Source of the DNA: Fibrobacterota bacterium
Lineage (GTDB): Bacteria > Fibrobacterota > Fibrobacteria > UBA11236
DNA: 64,000 nucleotides
Assembly (NCBI GenBank): GCA_043753995.1
Contig: JAYUVP010000098.1
Location: 1-64,000, forward strand
Reading direction: 5' to 3'
Shown: piece by piece, positions 37,026-47,285 of the stretch
How positions within the stretch are numbered: the stretch's first letter is position 1
How the letters are laid out: each line of letters begins with the position of its first letter
Notes under the pieces: generated by a model
Seen by the model: the letters and a program-made list of their open reading frames with translations, nothing else
What the model was told of the DNA's origin: nothing
Databases searched by the model: none
Made by a program: the position numbers and the translations under genes

Positions 37026-37835
37026 TTAATAGCCTAACTTTTTAAGGCGCGCTTTCACTTCGCGCGCGTTCCGATAGGGTGGCGCATGGATTTTTCTGAA
37101 GGGACTGGCCCAAAGTTCGGCATGCTCCTTTTCCGAAGCCTCATTGCACCCCACGGTATAGCCGAACCTTTGATTTAGCTTAGATAAAGGTTTCAGTGAA
37201 TCGCCTTTTGCAGCGGTAAGATCGTCAAAAAAGTAGGTATGGTAATAGGTGTCACACCCATTATTACCTCCATGGCTATTGATGGCTGTTCTGATCAAGA
37301 TTCCTATTTCTTGTTTGGGGTCGCGGTCAGCGTTGGCAAAAACCACGGCTTGAATTTCGCCTTTCCCACCTGAGTCTCCAAAGGCTTCCATGGCAAAACG
37401 TCGGCACGCATTCGACCTTTGGTGGGTCGGAACGAAAACGTATCCATTGGTACGGCTCGAAATCTCTGGTTCTGGTGACAAGGAATACTTGATCCAAACC
37501 TTGGTGATCTTTTCATTGAAAAAACCGACAACAATAGGCGTGGAATTCCAAACAGTATCCATAGCCAGCATATACTCTGGCTTCCCATACCAAGTTGTAT
37601 CGGGATCGGTTGGCTTGCTTTTCAAATGCAAAGGGTGGATGACGGGGTCGATTGCATAGACGAAATCCGTATCCCTAATTCCATTGGCAGACGAGGGCTT
37701 GGCTTCGATAATACCGAGAAAAAAAGCCAAGATCATGGCTGTGACGTTGATGAGGTAGCCGTCTTTATAGCAAAGTCTTCCACGATCGGCCTTTTCATAA
37801 GCTATCCGATGAGAGAGAGGCCGGCTGGAGGGCAA
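37026..37835 (-). CDS. Hypothetical exported protein (start probably near 37736)
   Basis: Long ORF, hydrophobic MILAFFLGII segment, FANADRDPKQE motif. Confidence 0.6.
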   Translation of the reverse strand: MPSSRPLSHRIAYEKADRGRLCYKDGYLINVTAMILAFFLGIIEAKPSSANGIRDTDFVYAIDPVIHPLHLKSKPTDPDTTWYGKPEYMLAMDTVWNSTPIVVGFFNEKITKVWIKYSLSPEPEISSRTNGYVFVPTHQRSNACRRFAMEAFGDSGGKGEIQAVVFANADRDPKQEIGILIRTAINSHGGNNGCDTYYHTYFFDDLTAAKGDSLKPLSKLNQRFGYTVGCNEASEKEHAELWASPFRKIHAPPYRNAREVKARLKKLGY

Positions 37836-37917
37836 ATACTTATTCGATATGCGGATGGATTATCGTCCTTTCGATGGCTGTTCTCCTGGCGAGTGGGTTG
37901 CCATGTTTATCTTCAGC

Positions 37918-38844
37918 CTATCCTGGTGCGTTTCCAGCCGGGTCCAAAGCTAATGCATTCCTAGGCACCGCCGCCGCAAAATGGGCCAATAGCCCGACTC
38001 CGAGCCCGCCTAAAACATCCACGGCATAGTGATACCCGCAATATACAGTCGAAGCGATGAGCAGAATTCCCAAGGGCCAGAGCACTACTCTTTCCGGTTT
38101 GTGATGCCATGAAGCCAGCAAGGTGACCGTGGTCAAAGCCACGTGGGCGCTGGGGAAATAGCCACCCGGAATTTCCCACTGGTATAACCAATGCATGATA
38201 GATGTGAAGGCATAACCCGGCATTTCGGTGGGGTGTTGTAAGGCACTGGCAGGCGTAAAATTTGCAAAGGAATGCGGGCCCAAGGCGGGAAGGAAGAGAA
38301 AAAGAAAATTGCAGATGTAAAAGGCGATGCCTATGGCAGCCATGAATCGATGAAATTCGGCGACGCGCTTTTTGCGGTAGTAAAGGACGAGAGCCAATCC
38401 AGCGAACTGGACGTAATAGGTGAAATACGCGAAGTGAAAAATTTCGGAAACCCAGGCCTGTGGCCAAACTTGCGACCACAGCAAGGCAGGTTGAAATCCG
38501 AAAAGCATTTGATCGGCATTGCGAAGAATCATATCCCATTCGAAGGCAACCCAAAACCGGTTCAGGGTTCCTACCTGTTCGTAAATGGGTAAGAAAAAGA
38601 AAAACGGATAAAACAATCGGACAAAGCGTGAAATGGATTGCCCTCTACGCGAATGCTCGTCGTCACCCGAGGGAGATGCGAATCTGCAAATGACATAGGC
38701 GCAGCCAATGGCAAAGGCATTGAAAGCAAAAGGCGCAAGCGGTGCATCCATCGCCCAGGCCCGTACTCCGACGACTAGCAAGACCGCGAAGTGGTAACCG
38801 AAGAATAAGAGGTCGGCGGGAAAAACTCTGAACCCGGCTTTCAA
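37918..38844 (-). CDS. PAP2-superfamily membrane protein (AUR1/IPC-synthase-like, PAP2_3 type)
   Basis: DQMLFG, YFTYY, LPALGP, FPSAHVA, STVYCGYHYAVD. Confidence 0.85.
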   Translation of the reverse strand: MKAGFRVFPADLLFFGYHFAVLLVVGVRAWAMDAPLAPFAFNAFAIGCAYVICRFASPSGDDEHSRRGQSISRFVRLFYPFFFFLPIYEQVGTLNRFWVAFEWDMILRNADQMLFGFQPALLWSQVWPQAWVSEIFHFAYFTYYVQFAGLALVLYYRKKRVAEFHRFMAAIGIAFYICNFLFLFLPALGPHSFANFTPASALQHPTEMPGYAFTSIMHWLYQWEIPGGYFPSAHVALTTVTLLASWHHKPERVVLWPLGILLIASTVYCGYHYAVDVLGGLGVGLLAHFAAAVPRNALALDPAGNAPG

Positions 38845-38847
38845 TTT

Positions 38848-40518
38848 TTACCCGCTCAGTCTCGACACGGAAAATGGCTCGGCATAGACTGGAGCGTCGG
38901 ACAAAATGTTCAAGTTTGCTTGGGACTGAATTTCGAATTCGATTTGGAACCAAAGAGCTTGCAATGCTTCGAAGCGTACCTCGCCCATCATACAGATTTG
39001 CAACCAGTTGCGCTTGACGAGATAGTCTCCGGCATAATTGCAGAGCAAGCCGCATTTTTCCAAGCGGCGTCCCAAGCCGAGGGAGGAAATTGATTCGGGG
39101 AATTGCAAGGTGAATATTCCAGGTGCGCGGTTTTCGGTGGCTGCGATCAAAAGGATAGGCGATTCGACCATGCGTTCCATCAGCCACGCGCCCATTTCTT
39201 TGCGCCGGGAAAATAGTCTTGCTTTCGTGGTTTGCAATGCCGCCACAAGGGCTTCCAGAAACACAGAGGAGCCGCTGAAGGGAATGCCATCACAGTCGGC
39301 ATAGTAACGCAATTCGAAATAGCGCGGCTTTGGCGCGGCGGACTTCATTAAGGCTTCGGGACGGTAAAAGACCATGGCCATGCCGGTCAAGGCGCCAATA
39401 GCCTTGCCGCTGACCGAGGAAGCCATGCGCGCGCGGCTAAAGTCGCAGGGGATGGCGCCAAGGGAACTGATAGCGTCCCAATGCGTATGCACGCCATGCC
39501 TATCGCAAAGCGATTGAATAGCCTCCAGCGGTTGCACTTGGCCCGTCGACGTTTCGCAGTGCACGGACCAAAGCCAGCGGATATTCGTATGCGTGCGCAG
39601 GGCCTTTTCCAAGGCGTCGAGCGAGGTGGCGTGCCCCCAGGGCGAACGCAGAATATGAGCATTCAGGTGATGAGCCTCGGCATGCTTGACTAGGCGTTCG
39701 CCGAATTCCCCATTACAGAGAATAATGCCTTCACCTCCGAGTTCGGCGATATGGGCGGCCACCACATCATTGGCCAGAGTCCCCGTGCCCAAGAAAATTT
39801 CAACTGCCTGGCCTTGGGTCATGGCCAGAAGCAGGCGCTTCGCTTTCTGCAATTGAGCAACATAACGTTCGGATCGATGGGAGTATGGGGGCACTTGCAA
39901 GGCTTGTCGAACAGGCTCTTGAACTTCAACGGGGCCAGGCAGGAAGTAATGCTGTGGCACTAATATGTCTGGAGCTTGTCGCAAGGTGTCGGGCAGGAGA
40001 GCTAAATGCCGATTGAGCGAATCGAGTGTCAAGGACATGGGTTGATACATGGCTCCAGGTATGCCGACTTGCGGGCCGAAAGCGAGAAAGCCCAACTTTT
40101 CATAAAGGGGAATATTTTCCAAACGGCCCGAGATGAGGCCTCGGTTGAAACCTTGAACGGTGCTATAAGCAAGGATTTCGTGCATGAGCAAGGCAAAGAC
40201 GCGCCCATGCCGGCGACTGGGCTCTATCGCGAGGAGCCTGATTTCACACAGCGAATCTCCTGGTTTCAAAAACACATCAAGGTTGTCGAGCTTGGAGTCC
40301 AGAGAAAAGGGCCGCTGATTGCGCAAGGCCACCATGCCTGCAATTTCGTCTCCGTCTTTGCAAATGAAATAGAGGTTTTCCCGGTGGAATTTATCGACAA
40401 GGCGCCGATCGGTATTGCGGGCATGCTGAGGAATTTCTTCGACAAAGGTGGCATAATTCAGTCGCGCGATGCGATCGAATTCATCCGCTTGATCGGCAAT
40501 TTTCACAATCAGACTCAT
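38848..40518 (-). CDS. Fusion of GNAT-fold N-acyltransferase and class V PLP aminotransferase (N-acyl serinol synthase-like architecture)
   Basis: N-term LNYATFVEEIPQH...CEIRLLAI...LYEKLGF; C-term FLPGPV, SHRS, NGEFGERL, HCETSTG, DAISS, SGKAIG. Confidence 0.85.
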   Translation of the reverse strand: MSLIVKIADQADEFDRIARLNYATFVEEIPQHARNTDRRLVDKFHRENLYFICKDGDEIAGMVALRNQRPFSLDSKLDNLDVFLKPGDSLCEIRLLAIEPSRRHGRVFALLMHEILAYSTVQGFNRGLISGRLENIPLYEKLGFLAFGPQVGIPGAMYQPMSLTLDSLNRHLALLPDTLRQAPDILVPQHYFLPGPVEVQEPVRQALQVPPYSHRSERYVAQLQKAKRLLLAMTQGQAVEIFLGTGTLANDVVAAHIAELGGEGIILCNGEFGERLVKHAEAHHLNAHILRSPWGHATSLDALEKALRTHTNIRWLWSVHCETSTGQVQPLEAIQSLCDRHGVHTHWDAISSLGAIPCDFSRARMASSVSGKAIGALTGMAMVFYRPEALMKSAAPKPRYFELRYYADCDGIPFSGSSVFLEALVAALQTTKARLFSRRKEMGAWLMERMVESPILLIAATENRAPGIFTLQFPESISSLGLGRRLEKCGLLCNYAGDYLVKRNWLQICMMGEVRFEALQALWFQIEFEIQSQANLNILSDAPVYAEPFSVSRLSG

Positions 40519-41048
40519 AGGCGTGACTCCGGGTCCGAGACGTTTTTTTCAGAGGGATTGGATTGCCAAGTCAGTCGGTTCTTCGCCAAATGCGATCGGT
40601 GAGCGAAAAGGACGAGGGCCAGGGTGGCGAGGCACGCGCCGATGACCGAAAGTGCATGGCCGCTGAAATGAATCCGCGGACTATAGATGGCCAAGGCAAG
40701 GGCTCCGCCCGCGGCAACCGACACACCTTTGCCACCGCGAAAACCCATTTGAACCGGGTAAATATGCCCGATGACAAGGCATGGCAAAGACCAAAAGACA
40801 TGGGCCGAATGCGGAACTAAGGCCAAACCAAAAGCGATACCCGCCCAAGCCTTAAGGAAGTCGCCAGCAAAGGTGACAGTAAAGCCGGATGGCCCTAAGA
40901 GTCGCCCGACATTGCGCGCGCCTGTCGATCCGCTACCGAATTCACGTATGTCTTGGCGACGCGTGAGGCGCACCCAGTAATAGCCCGTATTGAAGCAGCC
41001 TAAGGCATAGGCGGCAAGCCAGGCGAGGGCATGCAGGGTTTCGCTCAT
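40515..41048 (-). CDS. plsY: PlsY-family glycerol-3-phosphate acyltransferase paralogue
   Basis: DIREFGSGSTGARNVGR, DFLKA, GHIYP..GFRGGKGV, HRSHL; ATGA overlaps at both ends. Confidence 0.85.
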   Translation of the reverse strand: MSETLHALAWLAAYALGCFNTGYYWVRLTRRQDIREFGSGSTGARNVGRLLGPSGFTVTFAGDFLKAWAGIAFGLALVPHSAHVFWSLPCLVIGHIYPVQMGFRGGKGVSVAAGGALALAIYSPRIHFSGHALSVIGACLATLALVLFAHRSHLAKNRLTWQSNPSEKNVSDPESRL

Positions 41049-41587
41049 GGGGAATGGAAGGAGTAAACTTCGCCCCACACCGGCCTCACCGGGACATGCC
41101 CCACATAACCGCGGCGGATCAAGCGCTGTTGGAGGTATTGCATGAGGAAGCCATGGGTCACGAGAAGGATGTTTTGCGAAGTATGCATTTCCTCTAATTC
41201 GTCCAGCAAGGCGTCAAGGCGCTGAAAAGTCTGCTCACGATTTTCGGTTTGTGAAGGGTGGGGAAGACGCCAACCGAGGCGACTCAAGGCTTGCCAAGCC
41301 AATAGAGGCAAGGGTATTTCGGTTTTGAAAAGGGGTGCAAAAGGCACTTCGCGCAAGGACTCGTGGACCGCGATGTCGCCGTGGAACAATGCCTGGGCCG
41401 TCTTGTGCGCCCGCGGCAAATCACTGCTATAACAGATGTCCCAGCCTTTGAGCGGTTTTAAAACCAAGGGTATTGCGACATCAAAGCGATCATACCATTG
41501 CGACCAATCGACAAAGCCCCGGCTATTCATCCATTGGTATTGGGGGTGCGGTATGCGGAAATGGCGCATCAAGCCTAGGGTATTCAT
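41045..41587 (-). CDS. Histidine phosphatase (phosphoglycerate mutase) family protein
   Basis: LMRHF, SSDLPRA..TA, LREVP, LLVTHGF. Confidence 0.85.
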   Translation of the reverse strand: MNTLGLMRHFRIPHPQYQWMNSRGFVDWSQWYDRFDVAIPLVLKPLKGWDICYSSDLPRAHKTAQALFHGDIAVHESLREVPFAPLFKTEIPLPLLAWQALSRLGWRLPHPSQTENREQTFQRLDALLDELEEMHTSQNILLVTHGFLMQYLQQRLIRRGYVGHVPVRPVWGEVYSFHSP

Positions 41588-41662
41588 AAGATTCGGAATA
41601 TAGGACGCATCCAAGTCGGTAGGTGTTCCCAAACCCTCCACACCTTATCGGTGGCGATCGAA

Positions 41663-41979
41663 TTACTTCATTTCTCGAAGAAATTTGAGCGCTGCCCCAT
41701 GTTGGCTTAGAATATCCCCGCTGATATAAACCGAAATGGCCGCCTTGCGCGGAGGGAAACCAATCCGAAGCCAGTCCACGTCCCTCCCCGAAGTCGGGCT
41801 CTTAAGTTTGACTAGGCCAAAACCAATGAGGGAGGTACCCCACATTCTCGGTTCTTCCATGCTGGCCTTCTTCATCATTTCTAAAAGCGCAAAACTATCC
41901 TAGCGCTGTTGCACGCCTTTTACGCAATGAGAAATTTCTCAACGCTGGCGCCATTCGGCTTGGTTTTGTTTTCGGCCAT
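41663..41979 (-). pseudogene. DUF1801-family pseudogene
   Basis: AGGAG RBS then MAENKTKPNGASVEKFLI, frameshift near 41922, in-frame TAG at 41900-41902, then EPRMWGTSLIGFG...GFPPRK; C-terminus truncated. Confidence 0.85.
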
Positions 41980-42150
41980 CGAATTCTCCTAAACGATCCA
42001 TTTGACCAAGGTAAAAAATCATGGTGGCAGCCTTAGGGTAATACCCCATTTCAGCGGCCCCGAAGTGAAGCGACCTTAGTTTCCGTATTCGCCCTTGTTT
42101 CGGAACCTGAATTCGCAGGTGCAATCCAGGAAGGGAAATAGGTTCCAATT

Positions 42151-44313
42151 ATGCAAACCGAAACCTTGATCGCATCCGTAGAGACAGTCAACTCCAAAAA
42201 AATTTCCGTCGGCAATCCGGATATTCTCGGTGCTCGGATTACGGAAACAGGCGTCAATTTCGCGATTGCCTCCCGCAATGCCACCGAAGTTTTTCTTGTC
42301 TTATTCGATGAAGCCGGAGGATCCCCCACCGATACTATCCCCATGCAGGGAAGGACGAACGATGTTTGGCATATGCATATCGAAGGCCTAGTGCAGGGGC
42401 AAATGTATGCCTATCGCGTCAATGGTCCCTATGATCCAGACAATGGTTTTCGCTTCAATCCTTACAAATTGCTGATCGATCCTTATGCCAAAGCCTTTAC
42501 AGGGAAATTCAACAATCCGGACAACCTTCTGCTCGCCTATGACAGCAATTCGGAGCAGAAGGATTTGGTGATGGATACGCGCGATAATGCTGCCGTGGTT
42601 CCGGAATGCATTGTCTGGGACGATGCCTTCGACTGGGAAGGCGTCGAAAAGCCCGGCATCCCTCAAGAGAAGCTGGTGATCTATGAAGTGCATGTCAAGG
42701 GTTTCACGGCCCACCCCTCTTCCAAGGTGAAGCACCCCGGAACTTATTTGGGATTCATCGAAAAAATCCCTTACTTGAAAGAGCTCGGCATTAACGCGGT
42801 AGAACTGCTCCCCATCCATGAATTCGTATGCGAGGATTTTCTCAAGGAAAAAGGGCTTTCGAACTATTGGGGGTATAACACTATCGGATTTTTTGCGCCT
42901 GAATCCTCCTATTCCACCCAGAAAACTTCAGGCTGTGCCATCAATGAATTCAAGACCTTGGTCAAGGAACTGCATAAAGCGGGAATCGAAGTCATTCTCG
43001 ATGTCGTCTACAATCATAGTGCCGAAGGCAATGAATGCGGACCGACGCTCTCCTTCAAGGGGATAGACAATACGGAATATTACTCGCTATGCGGTGACGA
43101 GAACGCTCCCAAGCGCTATTACAGAAATTTTTCGGGTACCGGAAATACATTGAATGCTAGCAGTCCGATCTTTAGTCGCTTAACCTTGGATTCACTTCAT
43201 TACTGGGCTGAGGTCATGCAAGTGGATGGCTTTCGCTTTGATTTAGCGGCCTCCCTGGGGCGCGACCACAACGGTACTTTTTTGGCTGATGGGCATTTGC
43301 TTGGGCAGATTACCAATGACCCGGTGCTTAATAAACTGAAACTAATTGCTGAGCCTTGGGACATGGAAGCCTATGAAGTCGGTAGCTTGCCTTTGGGCTG
43401 GTCGGAATGGAATGGGAAATTCCGTGACAATTTCCGCAAATTCGCCAAAGGGGATGCTGGACAAGTGCAAAAAATCAGCACCCACATCGCCGGATCCCCG
43501 GATCTGTTCGCGCACAATGGCCGTAGTGCCAGCGACAGCATCAACTTTCTCACCTGCCATGACGGTTTCACCTTGTACGATCTGGTTTCATTCAATGAAA
43601 AGCATAATGAGGCGAATCTCGAAAACAACAAAGATGGCGCAAATGACAATCACTCTTGGAATCATGGCGCGGAAGGAGAGACGGAGGACCAGGAGATCAT
43701 GGATCTTCGCAAGCGGCAGGTGAAAAATCTTTTTTGCTACCAGATGTTCTCAATCGGAACACCCATGATTTCCGCTGGGGACGAATTCATGCGCACACAA
43801 AACGGCAACAATAATGTTTATACACAGGACAATGCGCTTTCCTGGTTGGATTGGGATCGACGAGCCGAGAATGAAGATATGGTCTCCTTCGTGCGGAACT
43901 TGCTCGGGTTCCGGAATCGGCATGCGATACTGCAAAGGCCCCGCTTCTTTCTGGGGAATGACAAGTCAGGCGATGGCATTCCCGACATTCATTGGATAGG
44001 CCCGGACAGCGACGCTGTCGATTGGGAGAATGGGGAATTGCGATGCCTGGGATTCCAAGTGGACGGCAGAGAATCCGAAAATGTCGGCGCTGCGGAATGG
44101 GATTACCGCCTATTCATCGTATTCAATGCGGAGACAGACTCGCGCATCTTCCTGCTGCCCCCATTGGAAAACGAAAAGACCTGGCATAGGGTCATCGACA
44201 CCGTCCTTGCCCCGGGCGAAGACTTCATGGAGCAAGGTCAGGAAGTCCCCATCAAGGATTCATGCTACCAGGTAAGCGGGAGAAGCTGTGTCGTTTTGAA
44301 ATCTATTTCTTGA
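42151..44313 (+). CDS. glgX: Glycogen debranching enzyme / isoamylase (GH13)
   Basis: NYWGYNT, DVVYNH, DGFRFDLA, IAEPWD, CHDGFTL, GNNN. Confidence 0.95.
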   Translation: MQTETLIASVETVNSKKISVGNPDILGARITETGVNFAIASRNATEVFLVLFDEAGGSPTDTIPMQGRTNDVWHMHIEGLVQGQMYAYRVNGPYDPDNGFRFNPYKLLIDPYAKAFTGKFNNPDNLLLAYDSNSEQKDLVMDTRDNAAVVPECIVWDDAFDWEGVEKPGIPQEKLVIYEVHVKGFTAHPSSKVKHPGTYLGFIEKIPYLKELGINAVELLPIHEFVCEDFLKEKGLSNYWGYNTIGFFAPESSYSTQKTSGCAINEFKTLVKELHKAGIEVILDVVYNHSAEGNECGPTLSFKGIDNTEYYSLCGDENAPKRYYRNFSGTGNTLNASSPIFSRLTLDSLHYWAEVMQVDGFRFDLAASLGRDHNGTFLADGHLLGQITNDPVLNKLKLIAEPWDMEAYEVGSLPLGWSEWNGKFRDNFRKFAKGDAGQVQKISTHIAGSPDLFAHNGRSASDSINFLTCHDGFTLYDLVSFNEKHNEANLENNKDGANDNHSWNHGAEGETEDQEIMDLRKRQVKNLFCYQMFSIGTPMISAGDEFMRTQNGNNNVYTQDNALSWLDWDRRAENEDMVSFVRNLLGFRNRHAILQRPRFFLGNDKSGDGIPDIHWIGPDSDAVDWENGELRCLGFQVDGRESENVGAAEWDYRLFIVFNAETDSRIFLLPPLENEKTWHRVIDTVLAPGEDFMEQGQEVPIKDSCYQVSGRSCVVLKSIS

Positions 44314-44548
44314 AAATCTCGATCCAAATCGATCCGGGCTCTTCGTCATCGATTTTCCCGTTGATCTGCCAATAGGCATTATCAAAAATCCGATACTCCT
44401 GGCCATCGGCAATATTCCGAAACGAATCGTTTTTAATGCGATGGATAACATTCGGATCTGCGACAATCTGATAACTTCTCTTGATTTCGACTAACAAGTT
44501 ATCCAATCCCGGGTCGACAGGGATCAATTCAAGCATGATGGATTTCAT
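44303..44548 (-). CDS. Small hypothetical protein
   Basis: 81-aa ORF in the intergenic gap, overlapping the glgX end by 11 bp. Confidence 0.35.
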   Translation of the reverse strand: MKSIMLELIPVDPGLDNLLVEIKRSYQIVADPNVIHRIKNDSFRNIADGQEYRIFDNAYWQINGKIDDEEPGSIWIEIFKK

Positions 44549-44649
44549 ATCCGATCAAGGTAAAAATCGTAGCGGTATCCATAGGGTAAGACCCCATTCC
44601 AGCAATCACGACATGAAGCGAACTTACTTGCCATGTTTGCCAATTCGCA

Positions 44650-44962
44650 AAAGGCATAAAAGATTCACGGGCTGGCCTGGGAGGGACATAAAGTGATGAA
44701 GCATTTACTGATAGAGCTGGAAGCCAACGGGAAGAGCAAAAAACAGTGGGGGGCGAAATTGTATGTCAAAACGGAAACCACCTGGCATCACGTCCAAGAG
44801 GAAGAGGAAATCCTTTTCAAGAAATGCATGAATGTGTTTTCCAAAGCGGAAGCGGAGGAAATCGGCAGGGAAATCCAGGCCTTCAAAAACGGCAAATCCC
44901 AAGTACCCGCTTCGATACCTGAAATAAAACCATTGGAAAGCCAAGATGAAAAAAAACCATAA
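44650..44962 (+). pseudogene. C-terminal half of a hemerythrin (HHE) domain gene
   Basis: AWEGHKVMKHLL...WGAK...HHVQEEEEILF; in-frame TAA just upstream; N-half missing. Confidence 0.65.
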
Positions 44963-47156
44963 AACCACAACGACGCCTCCAGTGGAGCAGCCGGATCTCA
45001 AGTCACAGGATCTCCAACCCTATTGCGAAGATGGGACCGATACCTTGCTGACCACCAATCAAGGCCTCAAGATCAATGACAATCAGAATTCCCTGAAGGC
45101 CGGGGAGCGTGGCCCCACCTTGCTCGAAGATTTCATCCTGCGGGAAAAGATCACCCATTTCGATCATGAGCGCATCCCCGAGCGCATTGTGCATGCGCGC
45201 GGGGCCGCGGCCCATGGCTTTTTTCAGGTTTACGAATCAATGCGAAAGTACACCAAGGCGGGTTTCCTCGCGGATCCTTCGATCAAGACTCCGGTTTTCG
45301 CGCGCTTTTCCACGGTGGCTGGTTCTCGCGGTTCTGCCGATTTGGCCCGTGATGTACGCGGGTTTGCCGTCAAGTTCTATACCCAAGAAGGCAATTATGA
45401 TCTGGTCGGTAATAATATGCCCGTCTTCTTTATCCAGGACGCCATCAAATTCCCGGATCTCGTCCATGCTGTGAAACCGGAGCCGCATCGCGAGATTCCG
45501 CAAGCCTCTTCGGCCCACGATACCTTTTGGGATTTCATTTCCCTCATGCCGGAATCGACCCACATGATTATGTGGTTGATGTCGGACCGTGCCATCCCCC
45601 GCAGCTACCGCATGATGGAGGGGTTCGGCGTGCATACCTTCCGTTTCGTGAATGAGGCCGGCGAAGCTCATTTCGTCAAGTTCCATTGGAAGCCTTTATT
45701 GGGCGTGCATTCCGTGGTTTGGGACGAGGCCCAGAAAATTTCCGGAAAGGATCCGGATTTTCACCGGCGCGATCTCTGGGATGCCATTGAGAACGGGGAT
45801 TTCCCGGAATGGGAACTCGGCGTGCAAATCGTCGAGGAGAAGGATGAATTCAAATTCGCCTTCGACTTGCTTGATCCGACCAAGCTGATTCCGGAAGAAG
45901 AAGTCCCTGTGATGCGCATCGGCAAGATGACCTTAAACCGTAATCCCGATAACTTTTTCGCGGAAACGGAGCAGGTTGCCTTCCATCCCGGCCATATTGT
46001 TCCTGGCATCGACTTTTCCAACGATCCCTTATTGCAAGGGCGACTCTTTTCCTATACCGATACCCAACTCAAGCGACTCGGCAGCCCCAATTTCCATGAG
46101 ATACCCATTAACCGCCCGGTTACCCCCGTGCATAATAATCAGCGCGACGGCATGATGCGCCAGGCTATTAATACGGGCAAGGTCAGCTATGAACCGAACA
46201 CCCTGGGTGGAGGATGCCCCATGCAGGCCAAGGCCGGCATGGGTGGATTCGTCAGCCATGTCGAAAAAGTGGACGGCAATAAAATTCGTGCCCGTAGCGA
46301 AAGCTTTTTCGATCATTTCAGCCAGGCGACCTTGTTTTATCATAGCCAGTCGCAACCGGAGAAAGATCATATTGTCCGAGCCTTCTGTTTCGAGTTGGGC
46401 AAGGTGGAAGTTTTGGCCATCCGCGAGCGCATGGTGCACATTCTTGGCTTGGTCGATAAAGGCTTGGCCACCAAGGTGGCTTCGGGGCTGGGAATCCAAT
46501 TGCCAGTTAAGATAGACCCGCCCTTGAATCGCAGCATTCCGGCCGATGGCGATCCCAAGGATTTCCAACCGATGTCGGGAAAGTATTTGCCAAAGAGCGA
46601 GGAGACGTTTTCTTCCGCACTTAGCATGGAGCATACCGTCAAGGGGATCAAAACCCGGAAGGTAGCGCTATTGATGGTCGACGGATTCGATGATGAGGAA
46701 GTAGCGCTGGTAGAAAAAATGTTGATGGAGGCCGGCGCCCAGACCATGATAGTGGCCCCTCACCTGGGGACCCTGAAAAGCGCTAAGGGCGTTGAACTCA
46801 CTATTGATTTCAGCTTGCTGACAGCGGCTTCCGTTCTCTTCGACGCCCTTTATATTCCCGGCTCGACTAATCCCGTGGCGCTCATGGGTGAGCCCGATGC
46901 GCTCGAATTCATCCGTGATGCCTTCAAGCATTGCAAGACCATCGGAGCCAATGTAGCGAGCGAAGGGGTGCTGCGCGCTGCGGACAAGGCTTTGGATAGG
47001 CTGGTGGGAGTCGAGTCCAAAACCCCGGAAAAAATCTTTTCCCAGAAGGGTGTCGTGGTGGGGACTACGAAGGAACTCAAGGTATTTGTTCCGGAATTCA
47101 TTAAGGAGATGGGGGAGGGTCGGCATTGGATTCGGGAGGCGGACAAGCCGCTTTGA
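44946..47156 (+). CDS. katE: Large-subunit monofunctional catalase HPII with C-terminal DJ-1-like domain
   Basis: FDHERIPERIVHARG, RDVRGFAVKFYT, RLFSYTDTQ, FKHCKTIG. Confidence 0.96.
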   Translation: MKKNHKTTTTPPVEQPDLKSQDLQPYCEDGTDTLLTTNQGLKINDNQNSLKAGERGPTLLEDFILREKITHFDHERIPERIVHARGAAAHGFFQVYESMRKYTKAGFLADPSIKTPVFARFSTVAGSRGSADLARDVRGFAVKFYTQEGNYDLVGNNMPVFFIQDAIKFPDLVHAVKPEPHREIPQASSAHDTFWDFISLMPESTHMIMWLMSDRAIPRSYRMMEGFGVHTFRFVNEAGEAHFVKFHWKPLLGVHSVVWDEAQKISGKDPDFHRRDLWDAIENGDFPEWELGVQIVEEKDEFKFAFDLLDPTKLIPEEEVPVMRIGKMTLNRNPDNFFAETEQVAFHPGHIVPGIDFSNDPLLQGRLFSYTDTQLKRLGSPNFHEIPINRPVTPVHNNQRDGMMRQAINTGKVSYEPNTLGGGCPMQAKAGMGGFVSHVEKVDGNKIRARSESFFDHFSQATLFYHSQSQPEKDHIVRAFCFELGKVEVLAIRERMVHILGLVDKGLATKVASGLGIQLPVKIDPPLNRSIPADGDPKDFQPMSGKYLPKSEETFSSALSMEHTVKGIKTRKVALLMVDGFDDEEVALVEKMLMEAGAQTMIVAPHLGTLKSAKGVELTIDFSLLTAASVLFDALYIPGSTNPVALMGEPDALEFIRDAFKHCKTIGANVASEGVLRAADKALDRLVGVESKTPEKIFSQKGVVVGTTKELKVFVPEFIKEMGEGRHWIREADKPL

Positions 47157-47285
47157 GCGATTCGGGCTGAGACCTATCTTATTTCATCCATTTGCCCCTT
47201 TCCATGCTGCGGGAGTTTCATCCTTATGCTTAAATAGGGAGACCGAGCTTCACTGACCCGGTAAGGCAAATGGGGTGAGGTTCCC

